From NCBI GenBank assembly GCA_013166835.1, contig JABLTI010000046.1, positions 1 to 24,039 of the forward strand: a DNA stretch of 24,039 bases, written 5' to 3'. A program made the position numbers and the translations under genes. Below the pieces are notes generated by a model that ran no database searches, was not told where the DNA came from, and was given only the letters and a program-made list of their open reading frames with translations. The number at the start of each line of letters is the position of its first letter. The stretch's first letter is position 1. Positions 1 to 8,845 of this stretch are shown here, piece by piece. The DNA comes from Promethearchaeati archaeon (lineage in GTDB: Archaea; Asgardarchaeota; Heimdallarchaeia; JABLTI01).

Positions 1-152
1 ATTGCTAGGACCACTCCAAGGGCAAAACAGATAGCAATGAGAAAAACTACAGCATTAGAAAAAATTCTTGTGAAATTATCTGGAAGCTCTTTGATTTTAT
101 CCAAGAAATTATTCAAATCTAGGATCATTAATTGATAGCTATCAGATTGCAT
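1..152 (-). CDS. Small membrane protein, 5' part only (runs off the left edge); possibly pilin/TrbC-VirB2-like
   Basis: Not in the ORF track. Read by hand from ATG 152-150: MQSDSYQLMILDLNNFLDKIKELPDNFTRIFSNAVVFLIAICFALGVVLA..., open to position 1. AGGTGA SD-like motif just upstream; hydrophobic helix at the truncated end. Confidence 0.65.
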   Translation of the reverse strand, partial: MQSDSYQLMILDLNNFLDKIKELPDNFTRIFSNAVVFLIAICFALGVVLA

Positions 153-262
153 AATATCACCTAAAATTGATATTCGAAAATCAACATAAAAAGACCACAA
201 ATAGACATCATTTTCCCAACAAACGTTAACATTAAATGTAATAGAGAAAATGATTATTTAAC

Positions 263-1216
263 ATGAATGATGATGAACAACTAATCCCTGAAGAAAAGGG
301 AGAAACCTCAATTGATTTAGCAAAATTACCACAGGTGAAGAATCTTTCCCCCAGTAAAATAGCAGATCAATTTTGGTGTGAAATGCAACTCCATTTACGT
401 TTACATCTTGGAATGGAACCCACAGAGGAAATGATCGTGGGATCACAAATCCATCGTTTATTAGAAGAAGAATTAGGACCAATTGTTGAGGTAACTGTTA
501 CAACCTTAAATGATGGTATTATTGCCTATATTCTACAGATTTACACTAAATTACAAACTCTGCTGAAGAAGGGAGTTACTCGAGAGCTTCCGGTGATTGG
601 TAAAATTCAAGATATGTATTGTCTAGGAATTATTGACCAATTAGCATTTGAAGCTTCATCAGAAGATCAAAAACAAATGGTAATTACAGATTACAAAACA
701 AGAAAGTCCAAAAGAGCGCCAACATATGAACAAAAAAGAAGAAACCGCATTCAATTACAAGTTTACTGGCATTTACTAAACGACTTAAAAAATGGAAAAT
801 TTACAATTGATATGTTTAAAGATTATTTTGAAATGCCAGAGGTATTAATACCTTCAGATGATTTACTGGACCAGTTACCAGAAGAACATAAAAAATTGCT
901 GACTGATATAGAACCAACTGAGCTATTATCTAAAGTCTTTGACGCATTCCGAGGATTGCCAACGCTTACTGAAGAGCTAAATGCGATCTATTTATATCAA
1001 GTAGATCAACAAACCGTCCATTCTGATAGAACATTTTTCCATGAGGAAAGTTTTGAGGTGGATATGGATTGGGCTGTCGGGTATTGGAGAGGTAAAAGAA
1101 CTCCTGTCGAATGTCCTCAGCAATGGATGTGCAAGTTTTGTCAATTCACTGATGATTGCTCACACTATCAAAGAAAAAATATGAATGAAAAAGAAAATAA
1201 AAAGAAAGAAAACTAA
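263..1216 (+). CDS. Exonuclease V (Exo5/Dem1)-like PD-(D/E)XK nuclease with 4-Cys Fe-S cluster motif
   Basis: SPSKI..QFWCEMQ, MIVGSQIH..LEEE, RELPVIG, GIID, ITDYKTR, QLQVY, YWRGKR and C-terminal CKFCQFTDDC. This is the Exo5/Cas4/AddB layout; WCE-x-Q and YW-x-G-x-R point to Exo5. Confidence 0.85.
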   Translation: MNDDEQLIPEEKGETSIDLAKLPQVKNLSPSKIADQFWCEMQLHLRLHLGMEPTEEMIVGSQIHRLLEEELGPIVEVTVTTLNDGIIAYILQIYTKLQTLLKKGVTRELPVIGKIQDMYCLGIIDQLAFEASSEDQKQMVITDYKTRKSKRAPTYEQKRRNRIQLQVYWHLLNDLKNGKFTIDMFKDYFEMPEVLIPSDDLLDQLPEEHKKLLTDIEPTELLSKVFDAFRGLPTLTEELNAIYLYQVDQQTVHSDRTFFHEESFEVDMDWAVGYWRGKRTPVECPQQWMCKFCQFTDDCSHYQRKNMNEKENKKKEN

Positions 1217-1226
1217 GACAAAAGAA

Positions 1227-1682
1227 TTATTTGTCTTGTAAGTATTTTTGCCGTTTCTTTAAGGTTTTCAATAACTCAACTTTGATTGAGGATCGAATCA
1301 CATCTGCATCTATTAGACCAACAACAATCAATGAATCTTCATTTTCAACTACTGCTAATCGGTTGACATTGGTTTGCTCCATTAAATCATCAACTTCAGC
1401 TAAAGTTGCTGTTTTATGTATAGTGACTACGGGTTTAATCATAAAATCTTTAGCTTCTATTTCTGGAGAAAGCATTCCACCTTCTTTTAGAATTAAACGT
1501 AAGATATCTCTTTCAGTGATTATCCCAATAACTTCACCAATACTGGTAACAAAAACACAGCCTTTATTAGATTGTAAGAGAACTTTGGCAACGATTGTTA
1601 CACTATCATTTTCATCCACCATTGCAGGTGAAACCATTGCAGCTTCAACTAGAGATTTTGTTGTAAGAGACATATTCTTCAC
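1227..1682 (-). CDS. CBS-domain pair protein
   Basis: GIITERDI, FMIKPVVTI, VNRLAVV..VGLI: tandem CBS signatures. Confidence 0.9.
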   Translation of the reverse strand: MKNMSLTTKSLVEAAMVSPAMVDENDSVTIVAKVLLQSNKGCVFVTSIGEVIGIITERDILRLILKEGGMLSPEIEAKDFMIKPVVTIHKTATLAEVDDLMEQTNVNRLAVVENEDSLIVVGLIDADVIRSSIKVELLKTLKKRQKYLQDK

Positions 1683-1852
1683 TTTTGAATTTTAATTAAC
1701 TATACGATTTATTGTTCTTAAAGATAATTAATGTTAATGCCTTTTAATTGTTAAGATTTAATATGTAAATAATTTTTTAATTAGTACTTTATATTGTTTC
1801 TAAGTATTCATCTAGTTAGGATTTAAGCAATAATAAATTGTGTGGAAAAAGT

Positions 1853-2380
1853 ATGAATCTAAAAAAAGCAATGATTAAGACTAGTTTCCTTTTTCTGACA
1901 CTTCTCTTTACAACAAGTTTTCTCTTTATAATCAGCTCAAGTTTTGAAGACATTACACCAGAAGAAGCAAAAAGGAGAATCGATTTAGATCCAGCTATTT
2001 TCATATTAGATGTTCGCCTTCCTTTAGAATTTCAAAACGGTCATATAAAAGGAGCAATTAACATTAATGTCAGATACATATACAGAGATGCCTATTTATT
2101 ACCTGAAGAAAACGAAACGGGAATTATTGTGTATTGCGATAATGGGGACAGATCAGAAACAGGAGCTCAGAAGCTCGTTGATTTAGGGAAAACAAATGTA
2201 TCAAATATGCTTGAGGGATATCTAGGATGGTTAGACTTAGGATATCCATATGTAACAGGAACTGAAACTTCCCTAATAACTCCATCAGTGAATATTGGAC
2301 TTGTGAGTATTATCTGTATCTCAATTATTGTGTTAATTATTTGGAATGTGAAGTTGGTTATCAAAAGTAAACGTGTTTGA
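1853..2380 (+). CDS. Membrane-anchored rhodanese-domain protein
   Basis: ILDVR..EF..GHIKGAINI and active-site loop YCDNGDRS; hydrophobic N-terminal signal/TM and C-terminal TM with basic tail. ATG 1853 preferred over TTG 1838. Confidence 0.88.
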   Translation: MNLKKAMIKTSFLFLTLLFTTSFLFIISSSFEDITPEEAKRRIDLDPAIFILDVRLPLEFQNGHIKGAININVRYIYRDAYLLPEENETGIIVYCDNGDRSETGAQKLVDLGKTNVSNMLEGYLGWLDLGYPYVTGTETSLITPSVNIGLVSIICISIIVLIIWNVKLVIKSKRV

Positions 2381-2539
2381 TTAATTAGTTGTTTATACGA
2401 ATTATGTCTCAAAAATTTAATCAATTTGCTATTTTTAAACAAAATTTCAAAGTAGTGTTTTGAGACAATAATAGTGGTAATATCATTTCGATGTGCTAAT
2501 TCCCAATCATTGTAAGTAAATCATTGTATCAACAGTCAG

Positions 2540-2830
2540 GTGAAAAAACAAATGTTAATTATGGAACACAAGGGATTACTGAAATTAAAACTAAGAATCC
2601 ATAGAATGAAAAATCATAATCTATTATCTGAATGGCAATCAATCCGTTTAATGAATAGTAATTGTATTCCGAATGATGTTGTAAGTTGCAGCTCATGCAA
2701 TCTTGCTAAATGTCTTTGTTATTTAACATATGAGGAAATTATTACTACAGAATTGCTTAATCGTGGATTATTTGATTTTGCCTTAAACAATTGCTTGAGA
2801 TACAAAGTGACACACATCTATGAATGTTGA
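2540..2830 (+). CDS. Hypothetical small Cys-rich protein
   Basis: 96-aa ORF with C-x7-C-x2-C-x4-C-x-C plus C-terminal C...H-x3-C, directly upstream of the helicase on the same strand; start uncertain. Confidence 0.5.
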   Translation: MKKQMLIMEHKGLLKLKLRIHRMKNHNLLSEWQSIRLMNSNCIPNDVVSCSSCNLAKCLCYLTYEEIITTELLNRGLFDFALNNCLRYKVTHIYEC

Positions 2831-2898
2831 ATTGTCAAGGAGTTTTACTTGAAAGAAAAGCTGGAAAATTAAAAATTACCTATTGGAGAAAAAAAGAG

Positions 2899-5127
2899 AT
2901 GGTTATTAACGATTTATCCAGAAAAAACACTATTCAAATCCTAAAACATATTCAAGCTGAAAAAGGATTCAAGAAACTGACTGAGATTCAAAAGAAAGCT
3001 TATCCTGAAATTTTCTCAGACAGGAACTTAGTTGTAGTGGCTCCAAGTGGTGCAGGTAAAACTTTAATCGCTGAATTAATCGCACTAAAAGATTTAATCA
3101 GTGATAATAATGTAACCACTCCAATAATAACAAAAAACTATTCCACACAAAGCAAGAACGTAACTGAAATTTGTAGTTCGAAAACAATATTTTTGGTACC
3201 CTTGCGAGCTTTAGCTGAAGAAAAAGCAAATAGTTTAGTTATGGATTATCGTCATTTTAATTTGAAAATTCATATGTCAATGTCTGAAATAGACTTCAAT
3301 GAAGAGGAAATCAGAAAATGTACAATAATTGGTAGAATGCCAAATCTGATTACCCATGTTAAGAATGTTATAGTGGATGAATTTCATTTACTAGGAAATC
3401 AAAATCGAGGTCCAGTTCTAGAAGCTATTTTGACTACTCTTCTCGGAAAAGTTCGTTTAATACTTCTTTCTGCTACCATAGCTAATCCAGAGGATGTAGC
3501 AAAATGGCTTGATGCCATTCTATTACACAGTGAAGAAAGACAAATTCCTCTTGATTACGATATATTGCCATCATTGGATCCTGATAAAGAAGTTACTCGT
3601 ATAATCTCAAATAATATTAAAAATAATTCACAAGTACTAATTTTTAGTGGAACAAGAACTAAAGCAGAGGAGTACGCAGATTATTACTCAAATTTTATAC
3701 ACAAAAAGAGTAAACTTACAAGCAAAGGTGAAACTCAGAAAATTGAAGCTTTCCTACAAAGTCTTTCTTTACCAAAAGACACACTTGGAAACAAACAACT
3801 ATATGAATTAGCAAAAAAAGGAACTGCATTCCATCATGCAGGTCTGGGCAGATTAGCGAGAAAAGCTGTTGAGGAACTTTTCCGTCAAAATCTCATAAAA
3901 GTTCTGTTTTGTACTGAAACATTGGGAGCAGGTGTTAACCTTCCTGCTCGAGAGGTTATAATTTTTGATGCAAAAAGATGGAATAATGAATGGCTTAATA
4001 GAAACGTTTTCCATCAAATAGGTGGAAGAGCGGGGAGACCAGGTTATGATATTTATGGTAAATGTACAGTTCTGGTCAGTGACTCTCGAGAGAAAAAGAT
4101 GATCCGTCAGAGATTTTGGCAAACTTATGAAGAATCCTCCGGAATGAATTCTCCACTCATTTCTACTAAACCAAGATTTGATGAAATCAATAGTATGTTA
4201 ATTTGTAGAGATGAGCTAGAGAAATTAGTTTTATCGCTTATTTACAATACCCATCCTACATTCCAGGATTTACTAAAACTTCTGAGTAAAACCTTTTTTG
4301 ATTTCAATAGGTGGAAAGCATCAAAGAAAAAGGATTCAATCCTTGAGGAATGGCAAAAAGAAAGCAAGGAATCATTCAAGATTCTACTCAAACAAAGCGA
4401 AGATTTCGATAATGATAAATTACTAGGTTTGGAAAGATTATTTCTTGAAAGTGATCTTGAAATCACAAAAACAATAGATGGGGACGAGAGTCAAGCTATA
4501 TACATTAGAGATAATAAAACACAATATACAATTTCTTTGGAAGAGGATCACATATTTTGCTCATGTTCAAATCAAAGTTTCTTGTGCAAGCATAGAATCT
4601 TTGTGTTTAAGCATTTACCTTTGAATACAGTGAGGAGGATTTTAGATAAAGAATTCTCTATATTAGAGAAGCTCATTGTTAATGGGTATATAGTTGAGAA
4701 TACAAAAGGGGAATTTCGAACCACAACAAAAGGAAGTATTTGTGCTGAAATGGGTGTAACAAGAAAGAAATTTGAACAACTAAAGAATTGGTTGATGTAT
4801 GATGTTGTATCAACGAATCCAAATCTAACTGAACTGCTATACTTCTGTGTTAAAATAATCCCAAAAATTGAAGATAGTGATTATTTTGTAGATAATCTGA
4901 GTTACAAACGCCCAATATATGAGCACGTAATTCTTGGTAGAGAAATTTTAGAAGTAATTAGGAAACACCAGCTGTATGAAGGAGATCTATTACGTGTTGA
5001 AGTAAGTCTTAAATCACTCATTGCTGCATTAACTCCCCTTACAGAATATTTGGGACTAACTAAATTATGTCAACAATTCAAAGATTTAGATAAAGTCCTA
5101 TCAGAAGCACTAAGACATTCTTTCTAA
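2899..5127 (+). CDS. Ski2/Hel308-like SF2 DEXH helicase with SWIM zinc finger insert
   Basis: Q motif LTEIQ, Walker A APSGAGKT, Ia VPLRALAEEK, II DEFH, III LSATIAN, FHHAGL, V TETLGAGVNLPA, VI QIGGRAGR; CSC-x6-CKH SWIM at 4558-4593. Frame open from 2824; ATG 2899 follows GGAG and avoids overlap with the upstream ORF. Confidence 0.88.
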   Translation: MVINDLSRKNTIQILKHIQAEKGFKKLTEIQKKAYPEIFSDRNLVVVAPSGAGKTLIAELIALKDLISDNNVTTPIITKNYSTQSKNVTEICSSKTIFLVPLRALAEEKANSLVMDYRHFNLKIHMSMSEIDFNEEEIRKCTIIGRMPNLITHVKNVIVDEFHLLGNQNRGPVLEAILTTLLGKVRLILLSATIANPEDVAKWLDAILLHSEERQIPLDYDILPSLDPDKEVTRIISNNIKNNSQVLIFSGTRTKAEEYADYYSNFIHKKSKLTSKGETQKIEAFLQSLSLPKDTLGNKQLYELAKKGTAFHHAGLGRLARKAVEELFRQNLIKVLFCTETLGAGVNLPAREVIIFDAKRWNNEWLNRNVFHQIGGRAGRPGYDIYGKCTVLVSDSREKKMIRQRFWQTYEESSGMNSPLISTKPRFDEINSMLICRDELEKLVLSLIYNTHPTFQDLLKLLSKTFFDFNRWKASKKKDSILEEWQKESKESFKILLKQSEDFDNDKLLGLERLFLESDLEITKTIDGDESQAIYIRDNKTQYTISLEEDHIFCSCSNQSFLCKHRIFVFKHLPLNTVRRILDKEFSILEKLIVNGYIVENTKGEFRTTTKGSICAEMGVTRKKFEQLKNWLMYDVVSTNPNLTELLYFCVKIIPKIEDSDYFVDNLSYKRPIYEHVILGREILEVIRKHQLYEGDLLRVEVSLKSLIAALTPLTEYLGLTKLCQQFKDLDKVLSEALRHSF

Positions 5128-5142
5128 AAAGGGAATCAATTT

Positions 5143-6423
5143 TTATGGGCCAGCAGTTATTTTCTTATCAAGTGATTTGAAAGTAAGCAATTTAAGACTT
5201 GATAATGATATGAACGGAATTGAGATTAAGAGAAAGATAGCTCCAACCAAATAGGAATATTGATATCCGTTTTGTAAGAATTGAGCAAGTACTCCTCCAA
5301 TAATAACTCCGGGGATTTGGGCAAGTGTTCTCACTAAATACAACAACCCAATAAATTGACCTCTTTTTCCAGCAGGAGCAAGACTATGCATTAGTGCTCC
5401 TCTTGAGATGATATCTGCAGTATTAGCGATACTAAATGGTACTATAAACAAGATTCCAGTCACTAGAGGTTTACTGTTTCTAAAGAGAGGTGTTAAGGCA
5501 AAAAGTCCGGTTGTTACAGCAAAGAGTGCTCGAGAGATAATTAAGAATCTGTGCTTGTTTGTTTTATCAATCAAAAAACCGAAAGGTATTGAGAAGAGCA
5601 GAGAGATGATCGTCATTACTGTAAAAATAATCAAAACTTCGCCGTTTTGCAAAGATAAACCTAATCCAATCAATTCACCACTCGCGGGATTATTTGCTTG
5701 TGTTAAAAATATAAGAAGAAATGGAATATAGCAGCTTATACCAACATGAAGAAAGAAGTGACTAATAAGGAATCTAAAGAAATTCTTTTCAGATTTCATA
5801 CTACTTAACCGAAAAGTTTGTTTTATTTCAGCGAACCATTTCTTTGGTTTAGTATCAATTTTAGATTCCTGAAAGAATAAACCTACAATGAGAAAACCTA
5901 GAGAGCAAATTGCTCCAGCAGCAAAAAACACATTTGAAGAGGATTTTAACAGCATTATCGCAAATCCTGCTACTGTTCCGAGCGAGGTACCAAAAAGTGC
6001 GATAGCATTAGTTTTACCAAGTTTTTGATCAGATGTTACGTCAGGTATTAATGAATTATTGCAAACGAAGGCTGCAGTGTTCATAATACTCATTACAACA
6101 TTTAAGCCAACAATAATAGCTATGGATTTACCCAATGGCAGTAAGAATAAAAGAAGGGTTGATGAAGTTCCTCCAATAAGGATGAAAATCTTTCTTCTCC
6201 CAAAATCGAGTCTTAAATTGTCACTAATCGATCCTGCAATTATACTTGCTATGGCTCCTGTAATTGCTACAAGACTAACCATTAATGAGATTATTAATGG
6301 AGTATATTTTGTTAAATCAGCTATATAATCATTCAAAAATTGCCCTTGAATTGCAAAAAATATTGACCAAATAAAAGCACCTAGAGAAATGAGAGCAATA
6401 TTTCTGTTAGTAGTGGTCGACAT
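5143..6423 (-). CDS. MFS transporter (GPH/SLC45-like)
   Basis: About 12 hydrophobic segments; motif A AGSISDNLRLDFGRRK. ATG 6423 has a GAGGT SD; frame is open to TTG 6516, overlapping the RadA-paralog stop. Confidence 0.9.
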   Translation of the reverse strand: MSTTTNRNIALISLGAFIWSIFFAIQGQFLNDYIADLTKYTPLIISLMVSLVAITGAIASIIAGSISDNLRLDFGRRKIFILIGGTSSTLLLFLLPLGKSIAIIVGLNVVMSIMNTAAFVCNNSLIPDVTSDQKLGKTNAIALFGTSLGTVAGFAIMLLKSSSNVFFAAGAICSLGFLIVGLFFQESKIDTKPKKWFAEIKQTFRLSSMKSEKNFFRFLISHFFLHVGISCYIPFLLIFLTQANNPASGELIGLGLSLQNGEVLIIFTVMTIISLLFSIPFGFLIDKTNKHRFLIISRALFAVTTGLFALTPLFRNSKPLVTGILFIVPFSIANTADIISRGALMHSLAPAGKRGQFIGLLYLVRTLAQIPGVIIGGVLAQFLQNGYQYSYLVGAIFLLISIPFISLSSLKLLTFKSLDKKITAGP

Positions 6424-6512
6424 TGAAAACCTCTTATCTTTTCTACTAAATTGTGTATTTTCTTGATCAAGAGAATATTTTATTGGAACTGGTTCGGATT
6501 TTACTTTCCGAT

Positions 6513-7844
6513 TCAAGCGGGAACTTTTGACTTTTTTCCAGAAGCTTTCGATTTAGGTTTTTCCTCTTTTGTGATTTCCGTTGGAGCTTCATCTATTGCA
6601 ACGAGGTTAGATTCTACATCCATGATGGTATTTTCAATTTTCTTTTTCTCTTTAACGGAAGCTTTTTCAGTTTTCTTTGTTGCTTTTTTGGTTGTAGTTT
6701 TCTTCACTGGCTCTTCTTTCGTTTCTTTTTCTTCTTTGAGATCAGCTATTTCGTTTATTCCTGCAAGCAATGGACTAGATACTGGCTCTTCAATCGCTTC
6801 TTTGTCTTTTGTTTTCTGAGTCGACTCGCTTTCTTTTTCAGGGATAACTTCTTCATCGAATATTCCCATACTAGTAATAAAGAAGTCAGCAGTTTCATTT
6901 GGTAACCAAGCACAATCATCTATTTTTGCTCGTCGCATATTTCCTTTTAATTTCTTCATGAAAATCCTAATATCAGAAGCATGAGCAACAACATGACCAC
7001 CAGCAGCAATTACTGGAACAAATTGAACTGAAGGACCAATATTAGCTATAACTTGGTTTGTGAAGATTATGGAGGTATTAAATGCAATTGCTATGCGTTT
7101 TAACAAACCAATTAATCTCCCGATTTTTTTCTGTCGGACAGGAAGTAAATTTAATTCATGAAATTCTGTACGAAATGGGGCCATTAATGAATCAATAACT
7201 ATAAGTCCCGGATCCAAAGCCTGAACATATCCCGGTAAACGGTCAATTGCTTGATTCAGATACCTAAGTTGTTCTGCTTGTACAACGAAAAAATTATTTA
7301 GAAGATCTTTTGGTTCTATTTCGAACCGTTTGCCGATTTCTTGAATATGTTCAGCTTGAAATGAATTTTCCGTGTCGATGTAGATAACTGGTCTTCCTAA
7401 ACCTTCTTGGTCTTCTGGGAGTTGAGCTGTTACAGCACAAGTTAAACAAGTTTGAGTTTTTCCAGTTCGATATTCTCCATTAATTTCTATAATCGTACTA
7501 GTGGGCATTCCCCCGCCAAGCAAATCATCCAGATTTTTTGAACCTGTTGTAAAATATTTTCTTTTCTTCATCAATCTTTCTGACTGATCAGCTGCTTTTT
7601 GGAATAATGGACCTCTGAAATTATCATCAGCAGCTCTAACTAAAGCTACCGCTGTCTTCTCACTTATATTTGGTATAGCAGTTATTTCCCCTTCTGTTAA
7701 AACACTCAAAACCCTCGCATCAAAAATGCCAAAATCTTTGAGTGCTTTCAAAGTGATTTTTGGTATACCATATTTTTTTGTATTTTTCTCACAAAATTTC
7801 TCAATTGCTGTATCTTGATTCTTTTTTACTGCCATTAAAGTCAC
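6513..7844 (-). CDS. radA: RadA/Rad51-family recombinase (divergent paralog) with ~110-aa Lys/Glu-rich C-terminal tail
   Basis: N-terminal HhH-like region, FxxA (FQKA), TTGSKNLDDLLGGG, Walker A GEYRTGKT, YIDTE, Walker B LIVIDS, TNQV, GGHVVAHAS. Confidence 0.88.
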   Translation of the reverse strand: MTLMAVKKNQDTAIEKFCEKNTKKYGIPKITLKALKDFGIFDARVLSVLTEGEITAIPNISEKTAVALVRAADDNFRGPLFQKAADQSERLMKKRKYFTTGSKNLDDLLGGGMPTSTIIEINGEYRTGKTQTCLTCAVTAQLPEDQEGLGRPVIYIDTENSFQAEHIQEIGKRFEIEPKDLLNNFFVVQAEQLRYLNQAIDRLPGYVQALDPGLIVIDSLMAPFRTEFHELNLLPVRQKKIGRLIGLLKRIAIAFNTSIIFTNQVIANIGPSVQFVPVIAAGGHVVAHASDIRIFMKKLKGNMRRAKIDDCAWLPNETADFFITSMGIFDEEVIPEKESESTQKTKDKEAIEEPVSSPLLAGINEIADLKEEKETKEEPVKKTTTKKATKKTEKASVKEKKKIENTIMDVESNLVAIDEAPTEITKEEKPKSKASGKKSKVPA

Positions 7845-8004
7845 ACTCTTTTATGCTCTCTAATAAACTCAAAGGTTATTTTCTTTTTAAATATACAAAA
7901 AGAAAGGTGTCCTCGATTTTAAGACAGATATTTATTTTAGATAGAGCGAAAGTTTATTTGATAGTGTACAACGTCTGTAAATCATTAGACGAAACTATTC
8001 TTGG

Positions 8005-8823
8005 GTGAATAATTTGGAAGAAGAGCAACATACAATAGAAACACCGGTAGATGAACCAATAAAAGAAACTTTGGAAAAGGCAATAGCGGAAACTATGGAA
8101 GAACAAGAAGCAGAGATCATTGAAGAATCAGTCGAGATCGTTAAGGATGAGACACCGTGGTTGTTTTTTGATTATTCAGGAACCTTAGTAGATACAGTAA
8201 ATGCCTTATCAAGAACATATACAAGATTTCTTGGCAAAGAATTTCCTCCAGATAATGTGAAGAATTTGTATAAAGATTATCCTAAATTAGGCAAAATAGC
8301 TTTGATGAGGAAGTACAAGTTCAATCCCTTGAAACATATGTTTGGGGGTAAGAATAAAATCAATGAAATTCGCAAGGAAGAGTTTTGGGATGGGGTTCGA
8401 GCTTTCCCAGGAATACCTGAAGTCTTATCACGATTACAGAAAATCGTTACTGCAAAATTAGCTATTGTTACTCATGAAACAGAATTAGATGATGAAGAAG
8501 ATAGAGTGAAGATTTTTCAGAAATTTGGCATTCCAATAGTTTTTGATGCAATAATTACAGATCAATCAAATAAAAAAGAAAAATTTGATCAATTCATTGA
8601 GGAACAAGGAATAATCTATGGAATATGTATTGGTGATACACAATTTGACCTTGACTTGGGCAAAACACATAACTTTAGTACTATAGGAGTTACCTGGGGA
8701 TTTTCATCTCGAGATGAACTTCTAGGAGATTTTGTTATTGATGGTCCTCGAGAATTACTTCAAATAGTTATGAGTCTTTTACATCAAATAGAACAGAAGA
8801 AATTACACGGGGATCCAATTTAG
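8005..8823 (+). CDS. HAD-superfamily hydrolase (phosphoglycolate-phosphatase-like) with acidic N-terminal extension
   Basis: Motif I FDYSGTLVDT, FPGI, motif II IVT, motif IV IGDTQFD, GVTWGF. Confidence 0.85.
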   Translation: MNNLEEEQHTIETPVDEPIKETLEKAIAETMEEQEAEIIEESVEIVKDETPWLFFDYSGTLVDTVNALSRTYTRFLGKEFPPDNVKNLYKDYPKLGKIALMRKYKFNPLKHMFGGKNKINEIRKEEFWDGVRAFPGIPEVLSRLQKIVTAKLAIVTHETELDDEEDRVKIFQKFGIPIVFDAIITDQSNKKEKFDQFIEEQGIIYGICIGDTQFDLDLGKTHNFSTIGVTWGFSSRDELLGDFVIDGPRELLQIVMSLLHQIEQKKLHGDPI

Positions 8824-8845
8824 AAAGGAATACCAGGCGATTTAT

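Noticed and set aside
263-1216. Cas4 / CRISPR-Cas locus
   Set aside because: No cas1/cas2 and no repeat-spacer array in the window; motifs fit Exo5 better.
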